Below, in pieces: positions 8,201 to 16,956 of a DNA stretch of 64,000 bases; position 1 is the stretch's first letter; every line of letters begins with the position of its first letter. Under the pieces are notes generated by a model. The model worked only from the letters and a program-made list of their open reading frames with translations. It was not told the origin of the DNA and made no database searches. The position numbers and the translations under genes were made by a program. Source of the stretch: a virus. Taxonomy: Duplodnaviria > Caudoviricetes. The stretch is taken from the IMG/VR virus record IMGVR_UViG_3300010167_000013; one strand, written 5' to 3'.

Positions 8201-9279
8201 TCTCTATGGTGTTGGATACCACAGCTATCACAGGTCCAATGTTTCAGCCTCAACCCAACATCACCACGATTACCACAATTATTACAGGTCGTACTGGATG
8301 GGTAATACCTATCAACTTTCTGTAGTGTTCTCCCATACCACTCGCACTTGTATTCCAGCTGTCTTACTAGTTCACCTAGGGCTGTGTCATATATCGACTT
8401 ATTGATATCCTTGTACTTGGTTTTCATGCTTTGGATATCTAAATCTTCAATACAGATAATGTCATTGGTGTTAACTAGTGAACTAGTAACTTTGTGTAAT
8501 GTGTCATATCTCTGGTTAGTGATCTTCTCATATATTTTAGCTACCTTGATCCTAGCCTTGTTCCAGTTCTTACTACCTTTTACTTTCCTAGACAGTACTC
8601 TCTGAGCATTAGCTAGCTTGAGTTCATACTGCTTCAGATGCCTGTGGTTTTTGTATGTCTTTCCATTTGATGTAGTAATCAGCTTATTGATACCCAAATC
8701 TAACCCAATGGAGTTACCTGTGATAGGTAGAACCTTTGGTTCTACATCAGTACAACAGATAGAACAGTAGTACTTTCCACTAGGTACCTGTGATATAGTA
8801 GCATTCAGAATCCTACCAGAGATGTCACACCTTCCTCTAAACTTTACACTACCAAGTTTTGGTAGCTTGACAAAGTTACTCACTATCTGAATGTTATTAC
8901 CAGCAACATATTTAGTAGTATAGGACATACTCCTGTTCTTCTTACTCTTGAACCTAGGATAGCCCAGAGTGTCACCTAACTTTACTTTCCTGAAGAAGTT
9001 CTGAAAGGCCATATCTAGATTCTGCAGCGATGCCTGCAGTGCATGGGCATCCGGTTCTTGTAACCATTCCAATTCCTTCTTCAGCTTAGTTAACTCCCTA
9101 CTACAGCTATTGTATGTCATATAGCTCTTCTTCTCTTCATAGGTCTTATTCTCTTCATAGGTCTTATTCCTAAGGCATAAGAAATGGTTCCAAATGTACC
9201 TGCAACAACCAAATGTTTTCTGTATCTGTATTTGCTGTGAGTCATTTGGGTATATCCTAAACTTGTACGATCTATTCAT
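8149..9279 (-). CDS. tnpB: RNA-guided endonuclease TnpB
   Basis: N-terminal SYKFRIYP...KTFGCCRYIWN, RuvC-I GLDLG, RuvC-II IEDL, zinc finger CNNC...CDSC, RuvC-III RDYNAAKNI. Start ATG 9279 behind GGAGGTG. Contains an in-frame 18-bp duplication (NKTYEE x2, 9131-9166). Confidence 0.95.
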   Translation of the reverse strand: MNRSYKFRIYPNDSQQIQIQKTFGCCRYIWNHFLCLRNKTYEENKTYEEKKSYMTYNSCSRELTKLKKELEWLQEPDAHALQASLQNLDMAFQNFFRKVKLGDTLGYPRFKSKKNRSMSYTTKYVAGNNIQIVSNFVKLPKLGSVKFRGRCDISGRILNATISQVPSGKYYCSICCTDVEPKVLPITGNSIGLDLGINKLITTSNGKTYKNHRHLKQYELKLANAQRVLSRKVKGSKNWNKARIKVAKIYEKITNQRYDTLHKVTSSLVNTNDIICIEDLDIQSMKTKYKDINKSIYDTALGELVRQLEYKCEWYGRTLQKVDRYYPSSTTCNNCGNRGDVGLRLKHWTCDSCGIQHHRDYNAAKNILKEGLRLIG

Positions 9280-9301
9280 TATATTCTCACCTCCTACGTA
9301 T

Positions 9302-9310
9302 ATAATATAT
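9302..9310 (-). promoter_or_regulatory. Putative early promoter ATATATTAT driving tnpB
   Basis: Motif about 20 nt upstream of the tnpB start. A second variant (ATATATTCT) lies at 9333-9341. Confidence 0.55.
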
Positions 9311-9422
9311 AATCGAGAAATATGCATATCTAAGAATATATAATTACGTTTTACACTTCATTAGAAGTCTCCAGAACGAAGACATAAGTAATGACATCCC
9401 AATACCCAAGGAGGTTTCTATC

Positions 9423-10895
9423 ATGCCAAACAATAGATTGAGTGATAATCTACTCAGAGACTTATTTGTCTTTGATGATGAAAATAATCCGAAGAGTAGT
9501 CAGATAAGTAGAATATATCCACCAACAATACTGGATCAGGTATTCGACCATCTACATCCAACTCAAAAAAATCTGAGAGAAATACTTGCTGATCTTCGGT
9601 ATGAGATAATAACAGGTGGACTAGGCAATATCGAATTTCCAGTAACTACAGTGAATGGCAAGAGTGGGGATGTTACAGTAACGTCAAACGATGTTGGTCT
9701 TGGTAGAGTAGACAACACCTCTGATATAGATAAACCATTGTCAGTTCCACAGAGAAGCGCTGTGATGGATATATTGTCAGTCTACAACTTCAATATCAAC
9801 TTGGATCCATTGTATGAACACTTGAAGGATACCACTAACCCGCACAGTGTTTCTGTAGACGATTTGAATCTAAATGACAAATTAGTCAAATTTGCAGATG
9901 CTAGGGTTGGACTTCACAATCTTTCTACCAGTAGTAACACACATCCGGATATCAGGAGATTGCTATCCACATTGTGGGATAGGGTAGATGAGATTGATTT
10001 TGGCAGTTCTTCTGGTGGAAGTAGTGGAGGTAGTGGATCTGTAGCGAGTGATTTAGATGGTCATATCAAGGACAAGATGGCCCATTTCGATTTATTTGAG
10101 GGAAGAGAAAATACCAACAACAAGGCTATGATCTTTACTGCCACAATCGACAACAACCACACGATGTATCCAACTACTAGAGCAGTATCGGATTTTATTA
10201 CAGATAGACTTGTTGCGTTCAAGGATACATTACCAAAGATCAATGAATGGATATCAAATATTCAGGTTATCGATAATCAATCAGAACTTCCTGTTGCGAG
10301 CAGTGACAATTACAGACATGCATATATCATAACCAGAGGTCCAGACCCATTCGAGATCGAGAGTGCAATCGCAGTGTGTAGAAGAGATCCATCCGACATT
10401 TACTTCTGGGATATCAAAGGTACAGAAAATGTATCAATATTTGATCCGAAGTATTTCAAGAAAACGGTGAATGGATTATCGTTGGACATTCCAGCCATCC
10501 TAGATACTGACCCTGATGACGGAGAAGAAACAGTTTCCTTCTACGATGTGTTTCTGCGGTCAGTTCAAATACTTCCAGGAACAATGGACGGTCATATCAG
10601 ATATTCGGTCAACAATGATCCTAGTACAATGTCGGATGATGTAAAGATCCCAGGTCTCAATAGTCTTGCATACAGAGAGTGGATTACAGAGAATGAAATA
10701 AAAGAACTTGCTGTGCATGAAAAACATATTCTGAATAAAGCAGTTACTACTCGTACGATTGACGATAGAGCTGTTATAGCTCCAAAGATTTCATGTGCTA
10801 AGGGGAAGATAATAGGAAACCTTGTGAATAGTACAAGTACAGCTCATGAGATAACACTTGAAGAACTAGCGGACGCACTACGTTCACTAATATAA
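9423..10895 (+). CDS. Virion fibre/baseplate-attached structural protein (paralog of 24256-27261 and 35041-39078)
   Basis: Motifs VTTVNGKSGDV, VGLGRVDNTSDIDKPLS, HLKDTTNPHSV and N-terminal YPPT..D.V are shared with the two larger fibre proteins. Confidence 0.65.
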   Translation: MPNNRLSDNLLRDLFVFDDENNPKSSQISRIYPPTILDQVFDHLHPTQKNLREILADLRYEIITGGLGNIEFPVTTVNGKSGDVTVTSNDVGLGRVDNTSDIDKPLSVPQRSAVMDILSVYNFNINLDPLYEHLKDTTNPHSVSVDDLNLNDKLVKFADARVGLHNLSTSSNTHPDIRRLLSTLWDRVDEIDFGSSSGGSSGGSGSVASDLDGHIKDKMAHFDLFEGRENTNNKAMIFTATIDNNHTMYPTTRAVSDFITDRLVAFKDTLPKINEWISNIQVIDNQSELPVASSDNYRHAYIITRGPDPFEIESAIAVCRRDPSDIYFWDIKGTENVSIFDPKYFKKTVNGLSLDIPAILDTDPDDGEETVSFYDVFLRSVQILPGTMDGHIRYSVNNDPSTMSDDVKIPGLNSLAYREWITENEIKELAVHEKHILNKAVTTRTIDDRAVIAPKISCAKGKIIGNLVNSTSTAHEITLEELADALRSLI

Positions 10896-10919
10896 GTTTT
10901 TGAGGAGAGGCCGTGACAA

Positions 10920-13900
10920 ATGATGATGTACAAGTTGGAGAAAGACATATCCCTCTACAAAAATCAATTCGAAGATCTCGTTCTAAATATCTTCCAACGA
11001 CATCTCATGGAAAGACTGTCTATGGATCTTGATGGGTTGTTATTCAGAATAAAATACATGGTGAAGAACGATAAAGATCTAACGAAGCTTCCAGAAATGA
11101 AAAATCAATTCATTTCAAAGGCGCTAGAACTGAGAAGCATCTTCGGAGAAATCATGTACAATTTTCTGGTTGAACTAGTGGGATTCGGAGATAACTTCTC
11201 GAAAGACGATATCGAAGATCTCATGGCTCAAGATGTGAAAATGGATAATGTTCATGTGAGATTCAAAATGCTACTGTTGTCAGAGAATAAGAATTACCTG
11301 GATTATGTTGATGCCAGTATCGAAGATGGAAAAGTGTTCAATATGTTTCCAGATAAGTTCTTCAGGTACTATGTTGACTCATACAATGATGGGATAGCAA
11401 AAGCATATCCAGAATTATTTGAATCTAGACAACAAGACAGCATTGGTACAGGACATGATTCTGAAGTGTTCGTTCATTCTATGACCCTACAAACAACTGA
11501 GGATTGTAATCTCAACTGCTTTCCAGCTGGGACTAAGATCCTTATGGAAGATTTTTCTCACAAGAATATAGAAGATATAGAATTGGGAGACACAGTATTG
11601 GGGTTTGAAGAATTTAATGAATTCCAGCACCAAAGAAGTTTAATATCTACCATAGTTACCCAGTTATTTCACCATGATGAAAGCTGCTACAAGATTAGTC
11701 ATCCATCTTTTAAAGAGGATTTATATGTTACCCCGGAACATCCAATGCTTACAGCCCGCGGAGATTGGATACATGTCCGAGATCTTCGACCATCTGATGG
11801 GTTGCTAATGACAACATTTGACCCTGATGATTATTATCATACTAATGTTGATCATATCAACTATGTGAAAGGATACTTTATAGCTGGATGGCTCGGAGAT
11901 GGTTGTGTTATGAAACGTACCCAAAAAGATGGATATCGGCGATATTTCATGCGTTTTGTGGTCAAAGATATAGACATGACTGAACGAATGAAACGCTTCT
12001 CTGAAACTCTTGGGTTTAATTTCACAACGAATACTTTCAAGATGTCGCACAAAGATGGCTGTTATCGAGATACTTTATATTCAGGCAAGAGAGATGAGTA
12101 CGAAAGATGGGTCAAGCTATGTGAAGAGACATTTTCGGACAAACAAGCACTGAAGGATCCTGATTTTCTAATGGGATTCATGGCTGGATTTTATGATGCT
12201 GAAGGTGGTATCTGGGGTGCATGTATTAGGATTCACAACTCAGATAATAAACTCCTCCGCATTGTGGAGGCTGGTCTTAATTTTCTGAAAATAAAATGGG
12301 ACTATGATAAACCTCACCAGCCAGCTAATAAAATTGTATACACTCTTCGAATATTAGGCGGGTCACCAGATGTCCTAAAGTTTCTGAAATCCACCAGACC
12401 TGCGATTAAGAGGAAAGGTTCAGTCAATTTAGTTGGTAAGAGTTTATTCCAACGTATTGATGGATACACCATCGAGTATGCAAAATATGCAAAAACAGTG
12501 TATAATTTTGAGACGACGGAGCATACTTATATTGCTAACAGACTCCTGGTACACAACTGTAGCTACTGTTATATGTTCAACAAGAGTGATATGAGAATGA
12601 CCTTCGATATAGCCAAGAAATTCATTGATGAGTTATTGGCAGATAGATATGGTTACATCAATCGGTACAACTCTCCAGCGCTGATATTGGAGTTCATAGG
12701 TGGAGAGCCTCTGCTAGAAATTACATTGACAAGAAAAATCTACGAATACTTTCTGGACAGAACGTATGAATTGGAGCATCCATGGTTTAATCTTCACAGA
12801 CTCTCAATATGCTCCAATGGGCTACAATACTTTGATGAAGAAGTTCAATCGTTCTTCAGGGATTATGCCGGTAGTATATCATTCAATATATCCATAGACG
12901 GAAACAAGGAGTTGCATGACTCCTGTAGAATCCAGCCAAGTGGAGAAGGGAGTTATGATATCGACATGATTGCACTTAATCACTTCAACAGACACCATAC
13001 TCCAGAAAGAAATTCTAAAATGACTTTGGCTCCAGACAACATGAGATACTTATTTGATTCAGTAAAAAGCTTCATCGAAAATGGAATGATGACCATCAAC
13101 CTGAATTGTATTTTCGAGGAGGGATGGAACCAAGAAACAGCTCTTCTGGAATACAATGAATTGAAAAAGGTTGCCGATTACATTCTGGAAAATGATCTGG
13201 AGAATTTGTACATTGCTATCTTCAACGAGAGACAAGAAGATACATCAGAAAAGTCATATGACGGGAATTTCTGTTTCAAGGATGGTACTCAGGTGTTAGC
13301 TATCGATGGCCATCGTAACATAGAAGACCTGAATATCAATACTCTCTTGTACACTGCATCTGGTAGCATTCATAAAATTGTCAACATCAGTCAAAGGAAG
13401 TCTAGGAGTAATATGAAGATACATACTTCTGGAACATTTCCTATTGAATGCACTCGTGATCACAAGATATTTGCAAGAAAGATGATCCAAGAAAAAGGAG
13501 AAACATACTACGAAAAACCAGAATTTTATGAAGCTTCAGAACTTGTCGAAGGAGACTCAATCGCTCTTCCAATTCTAGATCTGTCACAGAATAAAAAGAA
13601 TTGGATAAACAACAACATCGCATATGCTCTTGGGGTATACTTACTATGTGGAACGATTAGTATGAATCGCATTGTGGTACCAGTCGATCCAGATAACAAG
13701 GTAGATGTTCGTGAGCATTTTCAGAGAGCCGGACTAAACATAACGACCGACAGACCTGACAGAGTAGAAATATATCGCCAAAAGTCAGAGCTGAACGATA
13801 ACTTCTTCAAACTATGTCTGAGGGCTGGAATTAGACCGAATGTCAAATCAGTTCCACAGATATTATTTGAATCCAAGAAGGATATAATTCAGGCCATGAT

Positions 13901-15866
13901 CAATGGATACTTCCAGGCAGGCGGATTTCAAGTAGCAGAAGGGAAAAACCATGAAGGGTTATTGAAAATAAGCATCATATCGAGACATCTGGCAAATGAT
14001 TTACTAATCCTCCTGAGATCTGTCAATCAATATCCAATATGCACCATGAGTCAAAAACCAATCACAATTGATGTAGATGGATCTAAGATGTCGTTCGATG
14101 AATCATATGGGATATCATATAACCCAATCAACTCATACCTGAAAGATCATTATGAGATAGATCAAGATCACTATGTCGCATGGGTTGGTATCAGATCAAT
14201 TGCATTTGTAAATGACGAATGGGAAGTTTTCTGTCCTACCGTAATGCCGATAAATGAAGGTGAAAAAGAAGAGCACACTATCATTGCAAACAATGCTGCA
14301 GTGAACCAATGTTTTCGTGGTGACATGCAAGTGTTGACGATCAATGGGAGCAAGAATATCAGAGACCTTCATGTTGGAGAACTATTGTATACTGCATCAG
14401 GTAGTATTCACAAAGTAACAAGAATGACAAAACGGTTCAATGAAAGTAATAGGAAGGTAACAGCAGCTGGAATTTTTCCAATTCATTGCACTGATGATCA
14501 CAAGGTATTTGCTAAAAAATTTCTATATATGGGATGGAAAGGTGTTCTTCACTATTCAGACCCAGGGTTCTACCCTATTTCGGAATTGAAGAAAGGTGAT
14601 AGAATGGCACTACCTATACTTCAATTACCAGAAAAACAAGTAGAAAAATGGTTGACTGAAGAACTAGCATATGCATTTGGAGTATATCTTGCAGATGGTC
14701 ATGGTTACACAGATAGTATAGTTATTACTCCAGGATATGATGACGACAAGAGTTACATGAATATGCTCAGAGGGTCTGGACTAACAATAAGTGTGAGTGA
14801 AATGCGTACCAGCATGAGGTATGATATTCACAAAAATTCATCTGAAGCAAATAGAAAGTTTATCGAACTATGTCTGATGTCTGGTGTTACATCCTGGACC
14901 AAACATATCCCAGAAACTATTTTCAACTCACCAAAGAATATTGTCCAGAAAGTTCTTGATGGATACCTGGAAACTGATGGATGGCAAGTTCCAGAAGATA
15001 AACATATTGCAGGAATGATCAAAGTCAATACGGTCTCTCAACATCTTGCTAGTGATATTCTAGTTCTTCTACGAGCTGTCGGAGAGTACCCTACTTGTTA
15101 CCTAAATAACAGGGCTGGTACTATGATCATTGAGGGTAGAACTGTAAATGTGCGAGATCGATATGAAATATATTATAACCCGACTAGGCCCAATGGGAAT
15201 AATATGTTTAAGAATGATGATCAATATAGTCTGATGTGGACAGGGATCAGAGATATTCAAAATGATGAAAACTATGATGTATATTGTCCTACAGTATCCC
15301 CTCTCACAAACGACCTAAAAGAAGAGCATTCCATAATTGTTAATGGTCTCGGTGCCCAGAACTGCGGCGGGACTGGAGCAATGTTATCATTAAGACCAAA
15401 TGGACAGTTCTATCCATGTATCAGATACATGCCATCTTCTGTTGGAGATAATGTAGATGATCTTTGCATTGGGACTGTGCAAGATGGAATGGTAGGAAGG
15501 GAAGAAAACTCTGAGGTTCTAAAATTATTAGACAGTGTAACACGTAGATCTCAATCTAATGATATATGTTATAAGTGTCCTATTGGAAATGACTGTGCTC
15601 ATTGCTCAGCGATGTCGCAGACAGTTTATGGAACTCCTAACAAAAAAGGATCTTTCATTTGTATTCAGATGATAGCAGAAGCACTAGCAAATGTTTATTA
15701 TTGGAATAGATTGTTGATTCATAAACCTCATTACGATCTTCCAGTTCGCAAGAATAATGTTCCTGACGAATGGTCGTTACTAGTGGTAGATGAAGTAGAA
15801 TTAGAAAACTTAAAGCTTCTTGAATGTATGGCGATGATCAAAAAAATAGAATACAGTGGGACTTAA
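10920..15866 (+). CDS. Radical SAM/SPASM peptide maturase, CXXX-repeat-target type (TIGR04115-like), with three inteins; about 604 aa after splicing
   Basis: Spliced sequence gives TLQTTEDCNLN|CSYCY, EFIGGEPLLE, HPWFNLHRLSICSNG, ISIDGNKELHDSCR, NF|CGGTGAML...FYPCIRY and CYKCPIGNDCAHCSA...FICIQ. Confidence 0.85.
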   Translation: MMMYKLEKDISLYKNQFEDLVLNIFQRHLMERLSMDLDGLLFRIKYMVKNDKDLTKLPEMKNQFISKALELRSIFGEIMYNFLVELVGFGDNFSKDDIEDLMAQDVKMDNVHVRFKMLLLSENKNYLDYVDASIEDGKVFNMFPDKFFRYYVDSYNDGIAKAYPELFESRQQDSIGTGHDSEVFVHSMTLQTTEDCNLNCFPAGTKILMEDFSHKNIEDIELGDTVLGFEEFNEFQHQRSLISTIVTQLFHHDESCYKISHPSFKEDLYVTPEHPMLTARGDWIHVRDLRPSDGLLMTTFDPDDYYHTNVDHINYVKGYFIAGWLGDGCVMKRTQKDGYRRYFMRFVVKDIDMTERMKRFSETLGFNFTTNTFKMSHKDGCYRDTLYSGKRDEYERWVKLCEETFSDKQALKDPDFLMGFMAGFYDAEGGIWGACIRIHNSDNKLLRIVEAGLNFLKIKWDYDKPHQPANKIVYTLRILGGSPDVLKFLKSTRPAIKRKGSVNLVGKSLFQRIDGYTIEYAKYAKTVYNFETTEHTYIANRLLVHNCSYCYMFNKSDMRMTFDIAKKFIDELLADRYGYINRYNSPALILEFIGGEPLLEITLTRKIYEYFLDRTYELEHPWFNLHRLSICSNGLQYFDEEVQSFFRDYAGSISFNISIDGNKELHDSCRIQPSGEGSYDIDMIALNHFNRHHTPERNSKMTLAPDNMRYLFDSVKSFIENGMMTINLNCIFEEGWNQETALLEYNELKKVADYILENDLENLYIAIFNERQEDTSEKSYDGNFCFKDGTQVLAIDGHRNIEDLNINTLLYTASGSIHKIVNISQRKSRSNMKIHTSGTFPIECTRDHKIFARKMIQEKGETYYEKPEFYEASELVEGDSIALPILDLSQNKKNWINNNIAYALGVYLLCGTISMNRIVVPVDPDNKVDVREHFQRAGLNITTDRPDRVEIYRQKSELNDNFFKLCLRAGIRPNVKSVPQILFESKKDIIQAMINGYFQAGGFQVAEGKNHEGLLKISIISRHLANDLLILLRSVNQYPICTMSQKPITIDVDGSKMSFDESYGISYNPINSYLKDHYEIDQDHYVAWVGIRSIAFVNDEWEVFCPTVMPINEGEKEEHTIIANNAAVNQCFRGDMQVLTINGSKNIRDLHVGELLYTASGSIHKVTRMTKRFNESNRKVTAAGIFPIHCTDDHKVFAKKFLYMGWKGVLHYSDPGFYPISELKKGDRMALPILQLPEKQVEKWLTEELAYAFGVYLADGHGYTDSIVITPGYDDDKSYMNMLRGSGLTISVSEMRTSMRYDIHKNSSEANRKFIELCLMSGVTSWTKHIPETIFNSPKNIVQKVLDGYLETDGWQVPEDKHIAGMIKVNTVSQHLASDILVLLRAVGEYPTCYLNNRAGTMIIEGRTVNVRDRYEIYYNPTRPNGNNMFKNDDQYSLMWTGIRDIQNDENYDVYCPTVSPLTNDLKEEHSIIVNGLGAQNCGGTGAMLSLRPNGQFYPCIRYMPSSVGDNVDDLCIGTVQDGMVGREENSEVLKLLDSVTRRSQSNDICYKCPIGNDCAHCSAMSQTVYGTPNKKGSFICIQMIAEALANVYYWNRLLIHKPHYDLPVRKNNVPDEWSLLVVDEVELENLKLLECMAMIKKIEYSGT
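11517..12557 (+). mobile_element. Intein 1 (347 aa) with LAGLIDADG homing endonuclease, inside the CxxxCxxC motif
   Basis: Starts CFPAGT, block B TPEHP, endonuclease motifs IAGWLGDG and MAGFYDAEG, ends LLVHN before Cys. Confidence 0.92.
13272..14309 (+). mobile_element. Intein 2 (346 aa), ends in Gln, degenerate endonuclease
   Basis: Starts CFKDGT, block B TRDHK, ends AAVNQ. The LAGLIDADG positions read GVYLLCG and NGYFQAGG (acidic residues lost). Confidence 0.85.
14310..15362 (+). mobile_element. Intein 3 (351 aa), directly abutting intein 2
   Basis: Starts CFRGDM, block B TDDHK, endonuclease motifs GVYLADG and DGYLETDG, ends GAQN before CGGTG. Confidence 0.88.
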
Positions 15867-15879
15867 TAGTCCCACTGTA
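15852..15879. terminator. Bidirectional terminator
   Basis: TACAGTGGGACT-TAAT-AGTCCCACTGTA between convergent genes. Confidence 0.65.
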
Positions 15880-15883
15880 GATT

Positions 15884-16399
15884 TTATATATTTTCTATCA
15901 ACTCATTTGGGTCATCATCCATAAGCTGTTTCAGACTCCATGGTGAGTCTATAGGAATCTTCCTGATATAGTCCACATTGATTCTATACTCTTTAGGATT
16001 CTTCTCTAAGATTCTTTTGAATTCGTTCCTAGCACGTATGTAAGCTAAGGGAGCATCAGTATGTTTTACAATGTTAAGATCTCGATCTTCTGCGTCCCAT
16101 TTCGTTATAATAGTAATCTGTTTACGGGCTTCTTCAATCTCATCAAGTAAGTTACTGTGACCATAGATATTATCACCATATTTCAATTTGAATAAATGCA
16201 CAATGATAACAGTCACATATGATGTAGCTCTATTTCCGTCACTTCTAACGGAAGCTTCAGAATATAATTCTTCATCATATGCTTCATTGAATGGAATACC
16301 TTGTTGAACTGCCTCAAGTGCTCTCTTGATACGACCCAACTCATCAGTAGTTCTATTGAGTCTATCCAATGCTTCTAGTAGCATTTCCTTTTCATTCAT
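15884..16399 (-). CDS. DUF29-like protein
   Basis: IIVHLFKLKY...IP.DSPWSLKQLM. Clear paralog of 45039-45554. Confidence 0.6.
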   Translation of the reverse strand: MNEKEMLLEALDRLNRTTDELGRIKRALEAVQQGIPFNEAYDEELYSEASVRSDGNRATSYVTVIIVHLFKLKYGDNIYGHSNLLDEIEEARKQITIITKWDAEDRDLNIVKHTDAPLAYIRARNEFKRILEKNPKEYRINVDYIRKIPIDSPWSLKQLMDDDPNELIENI

Positions 16400-16423
16400 T
16401 TAACAACCCTCCTACTATATTTA

Positions 16424-16858
16424 TCATTTGATCGATGGCAATTGTTTTACCCAGGTGGATAACAAACTCAGCATAGTGAAATATTCAGTATCGCCCATAT
16501 GTCTAATGTATCTACCTTTAGAGCCATCCTTCACATAAAACATAGGAGGAATGTTCCTGGTAAGTTCTTCATACGGTTCCCTAAAGAGAATATACATTTC
16601 GCCCACAGTAGTCCATGAATGAGATGAACAGCATCCAATAGTTTTATACCCCTTGCGGTTGAGAGTAAATACGATGTCAATCATATTCTCGTCTATCCTA
16701 ATGATACTTCCACTACAAGACATGGTAGGACAGAATTCCTCATGTTCTTCTATAAAGTCCCCAATTTCTTTGTTGTATGGAACTAATAACGTTTTTGCTC
16801 TAGGAAATTGTGTATGAACATTGTAGATCGTATTACATACTAAACATACCGGTATCAT
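16424..16858 (-). CDS. Hypothetical Cys-containing protein
   Basis: CLVC, CPTMSC, LNRKGYKTIGCCSSH. RBS GGAGG. Confidence 0.65.
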   Translation of the reverse strand: MIPVCLVCNTIYNVHTQFPRAKTLLVPYNKEIGDFIEEHEEFCPTMSCSGSIIRIDENMIDIVFTLNRKGYKTIGCCSSHSWTTVGEMYILFREPYEELTRNIPPMFYVKDGSKGRYIRHMGDTEYFTMLSLLSTWVKQLPSIK

Positions 16859-16883
16859 TTATTCTACCTCCTTCTCTATGTAT

Positions 16884-16892
16884 ATAATATAT
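16884..16892 (-). promoter_or_regulatory. Putative early promoter ATATATTAT
   Basis: About 25 nt upstream of the ATG at 16858. Confidence 0.55.
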
Positions 16893-16956
16893 AATTGAAT
16901 GAAGGATGATACGAAACCGAGATTATAAAGGAACATGTCATAATGGAGGTGATTGC

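Larger units (their letters stand above)
8041..9338 (-). mobile_element. Solo tnpB (IS200/IS605-derived) element inserted in a phage promoter
   Basis: Contains tnpB and a right-end/omegaRNA sequence ending GAGGGATGCCA; no tnpA. Joining 8040 to 9339 restores CACACAAATAGAATATATAATT, 21/22 identical to 46536-46557. AGAATA occurs at both junctions (8035-8040 and 9333-9338), so the exact ends are ambiguous by up to 6 nt. Confidence 0.65.

Noticed and set aside
8149-9279. TnpB as a nuclease-dead TldR-type repressor
   Set aside because: All three RuvC acidic residues (GLD, IED, RD) are present. Any repression would have to come from partial guide pairing.
15841-15853. A second match to the TnpB guide (TATTCTATTTTTT on the minus strand)
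   Set aside because: Only about 10-11 nt match, and it is preceded by CCACTG rather than the AATTATA flank, so it is probably chance in AT-rich DNA.
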